Shown here: in pieces, positions 39,269 through 50,800 of the stretch
How positions within the stretch are numbered: position 1 is the stretch's first letter
Layout: each line of letters opens with the position of its first letter
Assembly: GCA_003598025.1 (NCBI GenBank)
Contig: QZKH01000002.1
Span: 10,133-74,132, forward strand
Length of the DNA stretch: 64,000 bases
Direction: 5' to 3'
Source of the DNA: Candidatus Omnitrophota bacterium
Lineage (GTDB): Bacteria > Omnitrophota > Gorgyraeia > Gygaellales > Profunditerraquicolaceae
Program-made: the position numbers and the translations under genes
The notes under the pieces: model-generated
The model's database searches: none
Seen by the model: the letters and a program-made list of their open reading frames with translations, nothing else
What the model was told of the DNA's origin: nothing

Positions 39269-40792
39269 ATGCTTTCAAAAGTATTTACATCTTATACATA
39301 TGGCACAGAAGCATCACTTCTTGAAGTCGAGGCTGATGTTTCCGGAGGGCTCCCTTGTTTTACTATAGTCGGCCTCCCTGATGAGTCTTTGAGGGAGAGC
39401 AGGGACAGAGTGAGGGCCGCGATAAGAAATTCAGGATATGATTTTCCCGTAAGCAGGATAACAATAAATCTGGCCCCAGCCTGCATTAAAAAAGAAGGTT
39501 CGTGTTTTGATTTACCAATTGCTTTAGGGATATTGGCTTCAAGCGGCCAGATACCCTTAGAACCCCTGGGAAGGTTTATGTTCCTTGGAGAGCTATCTTT
39601 AAATGGGTCGATCAAGCCGATAAAAGGAGCTTTGGCAATAGCTATGTTTTTAAAGAAGCTAAGCTCAGTGGATAATATAATCATACCTCCCGAAAATGCT
39701 TTTGAGGCAGCCTTAATAGAAGGGGTCAATGTTTACAAAGCAAGAGATTTAAAACAGGCAATAAACATATTATCTAATCCCGAGGTTATTGAACCCGTTA
39801 AGTCTGATTTGGATAAGTTTAATAAAAACAGTGATTACGGGCTGGATTTTTCTGAAGTAAAAGGGCAGTATTTCGCAAAAAGGGCTTTAGAAGTTGCAGC
39901 CTGCGGTTTTCATAATATTCTCATGTCCGGGCCTGCCGGTTCGGGAAAGACCATGCTTGCCAGAAGGTTGCCGACTATAATGCCATCCATGAGTAAAGAG
40001 GAGATTTTCGAGGTTACAAAGATCTATAGCGTACGGGGGTTATTGTCAATTGAAGACCCTTTGATTTCCAGGAGGCCGTTTCGTTCTGTGCACCACAGTG
40101 CTTCGGGAATTGCTCTTGTCGGTGGAGGCCAGGATCCTAAGCCGGGAGAAGTGAGTTTAGCACATAACGGAGTATTATTCCTTGATGAATTGTTGGAATT
40201 CCGCAGGGATGCCTTAGAGAGCCTTAGGGAGCCTTTGGAGGAAGGCAGGATTACCGTCGCCAGAGCAAATAATACGCTGACTTTCTTAAGCAGGTTTTTA
40301 CTTGTCTGCGCTATGAATCCCTGCCCCTGCGGTAATTTCGGAAACCCGGGCATTCCATGTACATGCACTTCATCAAGGATCGCGCATTATAGGGGCAAGA
40401 TGTCCGGGCCTCTGTTAGACAGGATAGATATATGTATTGATGTCCCAACGTTGCAATTTAACGAACTGGTTAAAAACAAACAAGCAGAGCCGTCTTCTGA
40501 GATAAAGAAGCGTGTTGAAGGCGCACGTTCTACGCAATTAGAGCGGTTTAAAAACGAAGGTATTTTTCATAATTCACAGATGAATGCCAAAATGATAAAT
40601 AAGTACTGCTATCTAGAAAAAGATGCTGAAGGCCTGCTTAAAACAGCTGTTTCGGAGCTGGCTTTATCCGGCAGGGCTTATGATAAAATATTAAGGGTCT
40701 CACGTACCATAGCTGATTTAGCGCAAGCAGAGGCTATTTCTTCAGAACACATATCCGAGGCTATCCAGTACAGGAGAATTGAAAGGCATTGA
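39269..40792 (+). CDS. comM: YifB/ComM Mg-chelatase-like AAA+ ATPase
   Basis: IVGLPD, INLAPA, FDLPIA, GPAGSGKTM, LFLDE, NPCPCG, LLDRID. Confidence 0.93.
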   Translation: MLSKVFTSYTYGTEASLLEVEADVSGGLPCFTIVGLPDESLRESRDRVRAAIRNSGYDFPVSRITINLAPACIKKEGSCFDLPIALGILASSGQIPLEPLGRFMFLGELSLNGSIKPIKGALAIAMFLKKLSSVDNIIIPPENAFEAALIEGVNVYKARDLKQAINILSNPEVIEPVKSDLDKFNKNSDYGLDFSEVKGQYFAKRALEVAACGFHNILMSGPAGSGKTMLARRLPTIMPSMSKEEIFEVTKIYSVRGLLSIEDPLISRRPFRSVHHSASGIALVGGGQDPKPGEVSLAHNGVLFLDELLEFRRDALESLREPLEEGRITVARANNTLTFLSRFLLVCAMNPCPCGNFGNPGIPCTCTSSRIAHYRGKMSGPLLDRIDICIDVPTLQFNELVKNKQAEPSSEIKKRVEGARSTQLERFKNEGIFHNSQMNAKMINKYCYLEKDAEGLLKTAVSELALSGRAYDKILRVSRTIADLAQAEAISSEHISEAIQYRRIERH

Positions 40793-40894
40793 GAAACAAG
40801 GCTGCGGTTAAACCAATGCAAAATACATTTTCATTATTAGTTTTATTCCGGCGCGGATGAGCTGGATATTTTTACTTTAACCGGATTCTTGTGT

Positions 40895-41506
40895 TTAGGG
40901 AACAAAAGGAAGCCTTTCAAAAACAACAAATTTATTGTCACGGCATAATGCGTAGTTGTATTTTTTAAGCAGCATATCAAAAATATTACTGATTACTGTC
41001 TCTGAGCCAAGGAAGTTTTCTTCATAACAAAAGAGTATAATTTTGTTGCACTTATTTTTACTCAACAGCTTAATGATCAATGATTTGACCCTATCCCAAG
41101 GCTTATCGCTAGAAATAAATATAACTACCGTAGATATCTCCCTGATTTGAGTAAAATCAAACCTAAAGTAATCACCGTGAAAGAAATTAGCGCGGAATTT
41201 AGGATTGTTTTTTGCAGCCAAAGATATATTCTCCTGGCTTAAATCTATGCCGTAAGGGATTATTTTTGAAGGGGAGAATAAATAGATAAACTTACAGAGT
41301 ATCCCTGTACCGCATCCTAACTCAAAGTAATTTCCGCCTTCTATGTGCGGCAAAAGGGATAAGAAGATATTTATTATGTAAGGAAGGTCTTTTTTAGAAT
41401 GCCCGTTCATTCTCCATTCTTTTTCGGAGAAAGAGCCTAAAAATCTTAACATTCTTATTTTTACGGCTTCGGATATCCTCATAACATTATTTTGGCACCA
41501 TAACAA
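40895..41506 (-). CDS. Class I SAM-dependent methyltransferase-like protein
   Basis: FELGCGTG motif I, GIDLS motif II; only minus-strand gene, AT-rich; start uncertain (41482 ATG possible). Confidence 0.65.
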   Translation of the reverse strand: MLWCQNNVMRISEAVKIRMLRFLGSFSEKEWRMNGHSKKDLPYIINIFLSLLPHIEGGNYFELGCGTGILCKFIYLFSPSKIIPYGIDLSQENISLAAKNNPKFRANFFHGDYFRFDFTQIREISTVVIFISSDKPWDRVKSLIIKLLSKNKCNKIILFCYEENFLGSETVISNIFDMLLKKYNYALCRDNKFVVFERLPFVP

Positions 41507-41646
41507 GTTACCAGTAAGCTATAACTATATCATATTTCTGTGTTCATAGGTAATCTTAAATAGACAGGTAAGCTTTTAATATTATGATAATAAATTTGAT
41601 TTTAACATCTAAAGATGCTTAAAATCGGGTTTATACCAAAAAAGCC

Positions 41647-41674
41647 TTGCTTTTTAGGTTGTCTATTATATAAT
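41647..41674 (+). promoter_or_regulatory. Putative sigma70 promoter
   Basis: TTGCTT-16bp-TATAAT. Confidence 0.45.
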
Positions 41675-41695
41675 CTTAATAATAAAGGGAGCTCC

Positions 41696-42301
41696 ATGAA
41701 ACGAGTTAATGGCGTTTTTTTTGCTTTTTTGGCAGGAATAATCCTCTTTGCCGCTTATAGGTATGTCGCCCTTTTTGTTGAGAACAGGCAACTGCATAAT
41801 ACTTTAGCAGAAAAAGAACAGCAGATAGTATCTCTTAATGAGGAGAAGCAAAACCTCTTGCAAACACTGGAGAAAGAAAAAGAAGCCAGAGAAAAGCTCA
41901 TTAAGGAAAGTGCAGGGCTAAGGGATTATCTAAGGGCTAGTAAACAGCGGCTTTCAAGATTATTCAGTGCTTATACTAAGAAAGAAAACGAATTAGATAC
42001 TCTTAGCTCGCAATTTTCCATTCTCAAGGTTGAAAGAGACGCTCTGCAGGCCAAGAACACGGAAATTATCTCTGAAAACAGCCAGCTCACGGCAAAATTA
42101 AGCTCAATAGTAGAGTTAAAAAAGGCTATCAGGGAATTAAAAAGGCATAGGCGTTTGTCGCGGAAATTAGGTAAGGACGCGTCTGTTAACAAGCAAACAG
42201 ATTCAGATGGCAACCAGGGGTTTGTAATAAAAGATGGGGTGCCTTCCGTAACTCAAAAGACCAGGGTGGAAGTATCGCCTGCGGCACAGGATAGTAGATG
42301 A
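41696..42301 (+). CDS. Membrane-anchored coiled-coil protein
   Basis: GGGAG RBS before ATG 41696; N-terminal TM then long coiled coil. Confidence 0.7.
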   Translation: MKRVNGVFFAFLAGIILFAAYRYVALFVENRQLHNTLAEKEQQIVSLNEEKQNLLQTLEKEKEAREKLIKESAGLRDYLRASKQRLSRLFSAYTKKENELDTLSSQFSILKVERDALQAKNTEIISENSQLTAKLSSIVELKKAIRELKRHRRLSRKLGKDASVNKQTDSDGNQGFVIKDGVPSVTQKTRVEVSPAAQDSR

Positions 42302-42747
42302 TAAAAGATATATTTTATGAATTTTTCAGTAACAAAATATTCATGACTACGCTTTCGGCCTGGGTAATCGCCCAGACTATAAAGGTCACAATCGGCGTGG
42401 TGCGTACAAGAAGATTTGATTTCCGGTGGTTCGTTGGTACCGGCGGCATGCCGTCAAGCCATGCCTGCGGGGCATCATGCCTTGCCACAGCCATAGGCTT
42501 GCAGTACGGTTTTAATAGTGTATTTTTTGCCTTAGCAGCTTCTTTTGCTGTAGTGGTGATGTTTGATGCGCAGGGAGTGCGCCGCTCTACAGGCAAGCAG
42601 GCGAGGATTTTAAACAAAATAATGGATGATATTTATTGGCAAGGAAGAATCCAAGAGATACGCCTACGTGAGTTAGTCGGGCATACCCCGGTAGAGGTAA
42701 TAGCCGGTTTTTTCCTTGGCATTGCTATAGCATTCGTAGCCAAATAG
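42298..42747 (+). CDS. Divergent PAP2 family (DUF212) protein
   Basis: AQTIK, TGGMPSSH, MFDAQGVRR, ELVGHTPVEV. Confidence 0.92.
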   Translation: MIKDIFYEFFSNKIFMTTLSAWVIAQTIKVTIGVVRTRRFDFRWFVGTGGMPSSHACGASCLATAIGLQYGFNSVFFALAASFAVVVMFDAQGVRRSTGKQARILNKIMDDIYWQGRIQEIRLRELVGHTPVEVIAGFFLGIAIAFVAK

Positions 42748-42759
42748 GAGGATAGATAC

Positions 42760-43581
42760 GTGAATAAGAAGTTAGTAATCAGTATATCTGTTGTTATAAT
42801 CTTGATAATTGCGATTATTTTCTTGCTGGCCAGAAAAGGCTCAGGAACAACACTCGGATTTAGGGGCAGGATATCGCCCCAGGCAGCATCATTGATAGCC
42901 CAGGCAAACGGCTTTGAAGCGGATAAAGATTTTGTTCAGGCAAAACTGATTTATCAAAAACTTATAGCTGATTTCCCCAGTTCCAGGGATTTGGCTGGCT
43001 GGCAGAGAAAAATAGACAGCCTTAATGTTGGAGCCATTGCTTCACCTAACCAGGTGGAAGGCTGGAGCGTTGCTTACGAGATTAAACCCGGAGACAGTTT
43101 GTTCAAAATAGCAAAAAAGTTTAATACTACAGTAGAGCTGATAAGAAAATGTAATAATTTCGCCTCGGACAGGATTGTCCCTGGGCAAAAGATCAAAGTA
43201 GTTAATATGCCTTTTAAAATATTTGTAGACAAGTCTCAGAATATACTGCTTTTAAAATCGAATGACGAAGTAATCAAAACCTATATTGTTTCTACTGGCA
43301 AGAATAATAGCTCGCCCGTCGGTACATTTAAAATAACCACCAAACTAGAAAATCCTACCTGGTTTAAGGCAGGAGCCGTAATACCAGCTGACAGCCCCGA
43401 AAATATACTGGGTTCCCGTTGGATGGGCTTTGATTTGGCCGGATACGGTATCCACGGCACTACCGAACCCAATAACCTCGGCAAACAGGTTACACAAGGG
43501 TGCGTCCGTATGGCTAATAGCGATGTTGAAGAGCTGTATATGATCGTACCTGCCGGAACCGAGGTCACAATAGTAGATTAA
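42760..43581 (+). CDS. LysM + L,D-transpeptidase (YkuD)
   Basis: [13 protein letters not shown] LysM; YGIHGT...TQGCVRM. Confidence 0.9.
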   Translation: MNKKLVISISVVIILIIAIIFLLARKGSGTTLGFRGRISPQAASLIAQANGFEADKDFVQAKLIYQKLIADFPSSRDLAGWQRKIDSLNVGAIASPNQVEGWSVAYEIKPGDSLFKIAKKFNTTVELIRKCNNFASDRIVPGQKIKVVNMPFKIFVDKSQNILLLKSNDEVIKTYIVSTGKNNSSPVGTFKITTKLENPTWFKAGAVIPADSPENILGSRWMGFDLAGYGIHGTTEPNNLGKQVTQGCVRMANSDVEELYMIVPAGTEVTIVD

Positions 43582-43591
43582 TCCTTATAAG

Positions 43592-44542
43592 ATGAACGGA
43601 CTAGATTTTGAAAAACCGATTATCGAGTTAGAGAAAAAGATCCAGGAGTTAAGAAGCTTTAATTCCGGCAAGAAAGTCAATATATCTTCAGAGATAAAGC
43701 AGCTGGAAGATAAACTCGCTCATCTTAAGAAAGAAACTTACAGTAATTTATCAGCTTGGCAGAAAGTGCAGATAGCCAGGCACCCTCAAAGGCCTTACAC
43801 CCTGGATTATATAAGGATGATAGCCACCGATTTTATTGAGTTGCATGGTGACCGTTTATTCTCTGATGATAAGGCTTTAATCGCAGGGTTTGCTAAAATA
43901 GATAACTATAAAGTTATGGTTATGGGCCACCAGAAGGGCAGGGATACAAAAGAAAACCTTAAAAGGAACTTTGGTTGCGCTCATCCGGAGGGCTACCGTA
44001 AAGCCCTAAGGATCATGCAAATGGCAGAAAAATTCGGCTTGCCGGTTGTAATATTTATTGATACTCCTGGTGCATACCCAGGCATAGGGGCTGAAGAGCG
44101 GGGCCAGGCTCAGGCGATAGCTTTAAATTTAAGGGAGATGATGAATATAAATACCCCTTTAATTGCAACTGTTATAGGCGAAGGCGGTTCAGGAGGAGCC
44201 TTGGGCATAGGGATAGCCGACAGGGTTTTCGTGCTTGAGAATGCCTACTATTCAGTTATATCTCCTGAAGGGTGCGCTGCCATATTATGGAAAGACGGCT
44301 CAAAAGCGCCTCTTGCCGCAGAAGTGCTTAAACTTACTGCTCAGGATCTGTTGAGGATGGGATTGATCGACGATATAATCCCTGAACCTGTAGGCGGCGC
44401 CCATCGTGACCCGGGGAAAGCAGCAAAGGATATAAAAGACACACTGTTGAAAGCACTTAAAGAGCTAACCCAGGAAGATAATGCTCAGCTATTGAAAGAG
44501 CGCTATAAGAAATTTCGAAGTATCGGGGCGACAGAAAAATGA
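43592..44542 (+). CDS. accA: Acetyl-CoA carboxylase carboxyltransferase alpha
   Basis: [36 protein letters not shown]. Confidence 0.97.
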   Translation: MNGLDFEKPIIELEKKIQELRSFNSGKKVNISSEIKQLEDKLAHLKKETYSNLSAWQKVQIARHPQRPYTLDYIRMIATDFIELHGDRLFSDDKALIAGFAKIDNYKVMVMGHQKGRDTKENLKRNFGCAHPEGYRKALRIMQMAEKFGLPVVIFIDTPGAYPGIGAEERGQAQAIALNLREMMNINTPLIATVIGEGGSGGALGIGIADRVFVLENAYYSVISPEGCAAILWKDGSKAPLAAEVLKLTAQDLLRMGLIDDIIPEPVGGAHRDPGKAAKDIKDTLLKALKELTQEDNAQLLKERYKKFRSIGATEK

Positions 44543-45063
44543 TAGAACAGGAATTACTATTATTAGGCCTCCTTAAAGAAAGGCCGAGGCATGGTTACGA
44601 AATAAAGACTAAGATAATAGAGCTGTTGAAATATTTCGCCGGAATTGATATCAAATCCATATATTACCCTCTCAGAGTCATGGAGAAGAAGGGCCTTTTA
44701 ACTAAGCATACCGATAAGCACGGGAAGCGTCCAGCCCGCATAATATATTCTCTTACCCCAAAGGGACAGCGCAGATTTGATGAGTTATTAGACAAAAGTT
44801 TCTTCCATTTTAAGAGGCCGCAGTTTAGTTCCGACGTGAGCCTGTATTTTTTAAATTATGCCCGGCCTGATACGGCAAAACGCAAATTAAGGGCAAGGCT
44901 TTTTATACTTAGGAAGATATCCAAAGAACTTAGCAATGTCCTCAAAAGCCAGGAATTAAGAAAACTTCCTGGTAACCTTTCTTTGATACTGAGGCATAAT
45001 TTGGAGATGCTGGAAGCAGAGTCTCAGTTTTTATCCAGCCTGATGTCCGCAGTAAAAACTTGA
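44539..45063 (+). CDS. PadR-family transcriptional regulator
   Basis: LLGLL..PRHGYEI, SIYYPLR, YSLTPKG. Confidence 0.88.
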   Translation: MIEQELLLLGLLKERPRHGYEIKTKIIELLKYFAGIDIKSIYYPLRVMEKKGLLTKHTDKHGKRPARIIYSLTPKGQRRFDELLDKSFFHFKRPQFSSDVSLYFLNYARPDTAKRKLRARLFILRKISKELSNVLKSQELRKLPGNLSLILRHNLEMLEAESQFLSSLMSAVKT

Positions 45064-45143
45064 ATTCCCGCCCCCTTTTATTTTAGCCGATAAGTTATAG
45101 CATATTAACCCAAACAAATATTAAAAAAGCCGATTGACAGGCC

Positions 45144-45174
45144 CTATGAACAATGGGGTATGAACTACGAACTA
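45144..45174 (-). repeat. Heptamer-repeat family member, inverted orientation
   Basis: CTATGAAC...TATGAAC TACGAAC TA is the reverse complement of AGTTCAT/AGTTCGT units. Confidence 0.55.
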
Positions 45175-45181
45175 TTTTATA

Positions 45182-45210
45182 TTGACAAACCAGATTCTAA
45201 GATATATACT
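45182..45210 (+). promoter_or_regulatory. sigma70 promoter of marR-efflux operon
   Basis: TTGACA-17bp-TATACT. Confidence 0.8.
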
Positions 45211-45220
45211 TTACTTAGTT

Positions 45221-45243
45221 AATAGTTAATATACTTAACTATT
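45221..45243. promoter_or_regulatory. Probable MarR operator
   Basis: Perfect inverted repeat AATAGTTAA-N5-TTAACTATT between the promoter and the GGAGG RBS. Confidence 0.7.
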
Positions 45244-45256
45244 TAGGAGGTAAGAT

Positions 45257-45706
45257 ATGCCTGATATATCAATCAACGAGTTTGCAGATAAAATAACGAA
45301 AATTATGCCGGTATTAGTCAGGGAGTTTTCCAGGCACAGCTCAGATGAATTAATGAAAGGCAAAGTCTCGCTGCCGCAGTTTTTAATTATGTGTTATCTT
45401 AACGAAGATAAAGAGGCTAAGATGAAAGATTTAGCCGCCTACATACATGTGACGACTGCCGCGACTACCGGTATAGTCCAGAGGCTGGTCAGGGAAGGAT
45501 ATGCCTTGAGGGTATATGAACCGAATGACAGGCGGATAATAAAGATCAGGCTCACTGATAAAGGCAGGGAGCTGGTAAAAAAAATCTCCGAGCAGCGCAA
45601 GAGGGCTGTAATAAGGGTATTCGGCAAAATCTCCGGTAGCGACCGGGGCCAATATTTAAAAATACTGGAGAAGATAAAATCAGCTGTTTTAAAGGACACA
45701 AGTTAA
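45257..45706 (+). CDS. MarR-family regulator
   Basis: SLPQFLI, DLA..VT.AATTGIVQRL, DRR..IRLTDKG. Confidence 0.92.
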   Translation: MPDISINEFADKITKIMPVLVREFSRHSSDELMKGKVSLPQFLIMCYLNEDKEAKMKDLAAYIHVTTAATTGIVQRLVREGYALRVYEPNDRRIIKIRLTDKGRELVKKISEQRKRAVIRVFGKISGSDRGQYLKILEKIKSAVLKDTS

Positions 45707-45710
45707 TAAA

Positions 45711-46976
45711 ATGAAAAAAAGCTTATTAGTTATATTAATATTACTATCAGTTTTCTCTATGTCATACGCGCAGGGCATGGATTTAACTCTGGATGATGTT
45801 CTTGTTATTGCACTTCGCGATAATCCAGATATACTGCTTGGCATCGAGGATGTTAAAAAGGCGCAGGCTAAAGTGCGGGAGGCAAAAGCATCTCTTCTGC
45901 CGAGTGTTAATTTCTCAGGGACATGGTCTGACACAAGGGGGCTTTATTCAAAAGACATACCTCAAAATGCGACTCAAACTACCTTGAAGCAGTATTTATT
46001 TAAAGGAGGCAGAATACTTAATTCTATCGCTGAGAGCAAATATAATCTTGATTCGTCTGAGGCTGCATTAGATGTAGCCAGGCTGGAAGTCGGGCTAAGC
46101 GCAGAAAAAGCTTTCTATACTTTATTGCTGGCTAAAGAATTGGTCAGCCTTAACAGAATAATAGTTGATAACACCCAGGAACATTTAAATTACATAAAAG
46201 AGCGCTATAATAGCGGAGAGGCATCTGAATCAGATATGCTTAACCTGGAATCTTCCCTAGATTCTGTTAAACAGGCTTATGAAGAAACAATAAGCCAGTT
46301 TGAGGCAGCAGACATTTTATTAAAGGATATATTAAATATCGATAGAGATACAAATATAAATCCTGTAGGAGAATTTAGTTATTCACCGCAGGAGTTAGCT
46401 TACGATGAAGCCTTTGTCAAAGCCATGAAAGACAGGCCGGAAATCAGGGAATACGAGGCTAAGGTAAAAGCGAATGAGAAATCAGTTGCCATAGCAAAAG
46501 GGGAGAGTTTGCCTACTGTTTATGCCTCATGGGATTATTATACCAAGTCCACATCATCCTTAAGTTTTTCCCCCACAAAAGGATGGCAGGATTATAATAT
46601 CATAGGTCTTACCCTTTCCTGGCCGGTATTCGATGGGTGGGCGACTAAGGCCAAGGTCCAGCAGGCATTAGCAGATTTAAAGACAGCAAGAATAGAGAAA
46701 TCACGTATGATAAGTGACATAATTTCTGAAGTCAGGACTTCATATTTATCGCTTAAGGATTCTATGCTGCAGATAAAAACATCAGAGTCACAATTAGCAG
46801 TATTTAAGGATAATCTTTCAACAGCTCAGGATAAATTCGAACAGGGGATTGTAAGTTCCCTGGATTTAGATGATGCCAAATTGAAACACGATATATCAAT
46901 GTTTAATAAAAAACAATCTGTTTATGATTATTTTATGGCCAAGAGCAGTTTTGAGAAAGCAACAGGAGGAATATAA
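45711..46976 (+). CDS. TolC-family outer membrane efflux protein
   Basis: Signal peptide, ALRDNPDI, LLPSV, duplicated OEP halves, LSWPVFDG. Confidence 0.9.
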   Translation: MKKSLLVILILLSVFSMSYAQGMDLTLDDVLVIALRDNPDILLGIEDVKKAQAKVREAKASLLPSVNFSGTWSDTRGLYSKDIPQNATQTTLKQYLFKGGRILNSIAESKYNLDSSEAALDVARLEVGLSAEKAFYTLLLAKELVSLNRIIVDNTQEHLNYIKERYNSGEASESDMLNLESSLDSVKQAYEETISQFEAADILLKDILNIDRDTNINPVGEFSYSPQELAYDEAFVKAMKDRPEIREYEAKVKANEKSVAIAKGESLPTVYASWDYYTKSTSSLSFSPTKGWQDYNIIGLTLSWPVFDGWATKAKVQQALADLKTARIEKSRMISDIISEVRTSYLSLKDSMLQIKTSESQLAVFKDNLSTAQDKFEQGIVSSLDLDDAKLKHDISMFNKKQSVYDYFMAKSSFEKATGGI

Positions 46977-47869
46977 TGTTTAACATATTGAGGAGACCTT
47001 TAATAATTTCGATATTTGTTTTGTTTATATGCCTGCAGTTTATCACCGGGTGCAGAAGTAAGCCGAAGCAGGAAAAAATAAACGGGATCATCCCGGTAAA
47101 AATCAATAAGATAGAGTTAAAGAGCGTTAACGAGTCTATTGATTATGTGGGCGATATAAAAGCCAGGGATGAAGCGCTTATTTATCCCAAGGTAAGCGGT
47201 AAGATAGCTGAGAAGAAAATTGCCGAAGGCTCTAACGTAAAAAAAGGCGAAGCGATTGTTTATATTGACAGGGATGAAGTAGGCCTGAAATTCCAGAGCG
47301 CACCTGTTGAAAGCACAATAGATGGAGTTGTCGGAAGGGTATATGTAGATATAGGAGAGAACGTAGACCAGCAGACGCCTGTAGCTTTGGTAGTCAATAT
47401 GGATCAGGCAAAAATCAATCTTGACGTACCGGAAAAATATATATCCAGGATTTTGATAGAGCAGGAATCCAGTATAAAGGTCGATGCTTATCCGGATAAG
47501 GTATTTACCGGAAAAGTGACCAAGATCAGCCCAGTGGTAGACATTTCTACAAGGACAGCGCCCGTTGAAATTTTGGTGGATAACCCCGGACATGAATTAA
47601 AATCGGGGATGTTTGCCAGGGTAAACCTGGTAATAGACACAAAGGATAACGTGCCAGTGCTATTAAAGGAAGCGGTAATGGGTAAAGACCCCAATTTGTA
47701 TGTTTATATCATCGAGAACGGTAAAGCCGTACTAAAACAGGTCACAACAGGCATCAGGCATGGGCCATTTTATGAGATTAAGACCGGGTTAAAGGAGGGC
47801 GATTCAGTCGTTGTGGTTGGCCAACAAAAGTTGTATGAAGGGGCAAGCGTTGCAATAGAGAGGGAATAA
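46976..47869 (+). CDS. RND periplasmic adaptor (MFP) lipoprotein
   Basis: ITGC lipobox, lipoyl-like motifs, VDAYP, LKSGMFARV. Confidence 0.9.
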   Translation: MFNILRRPLIISIFVLFICLQFITGCRSKPKQEKINGIIPVKINKIELKSVNESIDYVGDIKARDEALIYPKVSGKIAEKKIAEGSNVKKGEAIVYIDRDEVGLKFQSAPVESTIDGVVGRVYVDIGENVDQQTPVALVVNMDQAKINLDVPEKYISRILIEQESSIKVDAYPDKVFTGKVTKISPVVDISTRTAPVEILVDNPGHELKSGMFARVNLVIDTKDNVPVLLKEAVMGKDPNLYVYIIENGKAVLKQVTTGIRHGPFYEIKTGLKEGDSVVVVGQQKLYEGASVAIERE

Positions 47870-47870
47870 T

Positions 47871-50800
47871 ATGAAATTAGCTGAATTCGGAGTAAAAAGA
47901 CCGGTCGCAAACCTGATGATTTTTACAGCTATTATTGTATTGGCCTTTTACAGCCTTACCAGATTAGGCGTAGATTCCTTTCCCGAGATAGAGCCCCCGT
48001 CCATAAGCGTTATATCTTCTTATCCCGGGGCAAATCCTGAAGATGTGGAGATCAAAGTTACAGAAGTGCTTGAGAACCAGCTTGCCACTACCCCGGGAAT
48101 CGAAAAGATTACTTCGCACTCTTCAGAAGGTTCATCTGTTGTTACCTTAAAATTCAGCTGGGGCACAGATCTGGACGCTGCTTCTAATGATATACGAGAT
48201 CGTATAGAGATAGCCAAACGTTCTCTCCCCGATATACCTGATGAGATGGACAATCCATTTATATTTAAATTCAACACATCCAATATTCCCATATTGTTCA
48301 TGGGTATTACTGCCACACAATCTTATACCGAACTTTATGATTTGCTAGATGACAGGATTGCTGATCCTTTAAGGCAGTTGCCAGGTGTAGGCACTGTCCA
48401 GTTTCAGGGCGGAGGGTTAGAGAGGCAGATTAATGTATGGATAGACAGGGAAAGGCTCCAGGGGTATGGTTTTTCAATCCTTGATATTAAAAACGCAATC
48501 AAGGCTGAAAATATTACTCAGCCCGTCGGTAATATAAAAGTCGGACTCACCGATTATTCGATAAGGCTGCCCGGAGAATTTACAGACCCCGGGCAGATCA
48601 ATTCAGTTGTATTAGGCAAGCGTAACGGCAAGATAATTTATCTGAGGGATGTAGCACGGGTAGAAGATGGTTTCAAGGAAGTGACCACTATTGCCCGCGT
48701 GGACGAGGGCCGGGCAATAATAATGATGGTCCAGAAGCAGAGCGGAACTAACACCGTAGAAGTAGCAGACAGGGTCAAGAAAAAGCTGGAAGAATTAAGG
48801 TATACATTGCCGCCAGATGTCAAGATGAGGCTGATGTTCGATAACTCCGAAGATATCAAGACCTCTTTGAGTTCACTTAAGGCCACAACCTGGTTTGCGA
48901 TACTTTTAGTCATTGTTGTTGTATGGTTTTTCCTGAGGCAATTCGCAGCAAGCATGATTGTTGCTTTGACTATACCATTTTCGCTCTTGATAAGTTTCAT
49001 ATATTTATTTCTTAGCGGTAAGACTATAAATGTAATCAGCCTCTCTTCGTTAGCTATAGCCTCCGGAATGGTTGTGGATAATGCTATCGTTGTGGTTGAT
49101 AATGTCTGGCGCCGCATAGAACACGGGCAAAGGACAAGCGAAGCATCCATATTCGGGACATCGGAAATATTTTTAGCAATCGCCGCCTCGACCCTTACTA
49201 CAATAGTCGTGTTTATGCCGCTTTTGTTTCTAACCGGAGTAGTGGGGAAGCTCTTTGGCGAACTGGCAGCTATAATAATCGTAACATTGTCAGCCTCTCT
49301 TTTTACAGCAGTAACATTTAGCCCTATGCTTTGTTCCAAATGGCTAAAGCCGGATCACAAATCATTAAAGGCAGGATTATTTAACAGGATGTATGCAGTA
49401 TCTGAGCAATGGTTTAAAAGCATGGAGAATACATACTCGAATATGCTTGCCTGGTGCCTTAAGTATAAGAAAATGGTAATTTCCATCTCTTTAGGGATAC
49501 TTATCTTTGTAGGCTTACTTACACGTTTTGTAGGCAATGAATTTATACCTGAAGAAGATACGGGCGATTTGCGTATAAGCGCGCACCTTCCGATAGGAAC
49601 GCGCGTTGAGGAGACCGATGGTTTAGCTAGAAAGATTGAGCAGATTTTTAAAGATGAAATCCCCGAAGCGAAATATTTTTACGTTAGGAGCGGCCAGCTT
49701 TCCGGCATCGGCAGGGCTTTTGGGAATGTTTCCGGTACGCATATAGTCTCAGCCGGCATCAAATTAGTCCCTAAGACAGAAAGAAAGCTTTCGGTTAAAG
49801 AGACAGCGGAAGTTGTAAGAAATAGGATCACCGCAATACCCGGGGTAATGAAAGTTGATATTACAACAGGAAACCCTATGGGTCGGCTGATTACCGGAGG
49901 AGGCAAGAGCATACAGGTAGAAATTATCGGCCATTCCTTTGAAGAAACAGATGCATTGGCTTTAAAGATCAAGGGTCTTATAGAAGGAATACCCGGTGCT
50001 GTAGAGGTGAGTATTTCCCGCGAAGCAAACCGGCCCGAGCTTAAGATTGATGTTGACCGCCAAAAATCTTCGGCATTGGGATTAGATATGAGCACTATAG
50101 CAGATACGGTTAACACTTTTATCCAGGGATCAGTTGCCAGTAAGTATAGAGAATCCGGGGATACATATGATATTTATGTAAGGGCAGATGATTTTTCGCG
50201 TTCGGACATAGAAGATATCAAGAACATACCTGTAGTGCCAGCAGATTCCGCATTTTCATTATCTTCCGGTAGCAACCCCAGGTTATCTCAGGATCTGAGA
50301 AAAACACAGATTACTTTGTCAAATATTGCTGAGATACGGCAGGAAAATATCCCGCAGGAGATAGAGCGTAAAAACCGGGAAAGAATAGTCAAGGTTGAAT
50401 GTAATGCCTATCGCCGCTCGACTGGTAAGATAGTGGAAGATATAAATAAAGAACTTAAGAACATGATAATACCGGCAGGTATACAGGTTATTATCGGCGG
50501 TGAGGCTGAAGAACAGGCTAAAGCTTTTAAGGACTTGTTTTTGCTGCTGATATTGGGGATCTTGTTAGTTTATATGGTTATGGCTGCTCAATTTGAATCA
50601 TTACTGGATCCATTTATTATAATGTTTTCCATACCTTTTACTTTCATCGGAGTAATCCTGGCATTTATTATCACCGGTACTAACTTAAGCGTTATAAGTT
50701 TTCTGGGTATAGTTATGTTGATGGGTATAGTCGTCAATAATGCTATAGTACTTATCAGTTATATAAATATTCTGCGCGCCAGAGGTTATTCTATGCATGA

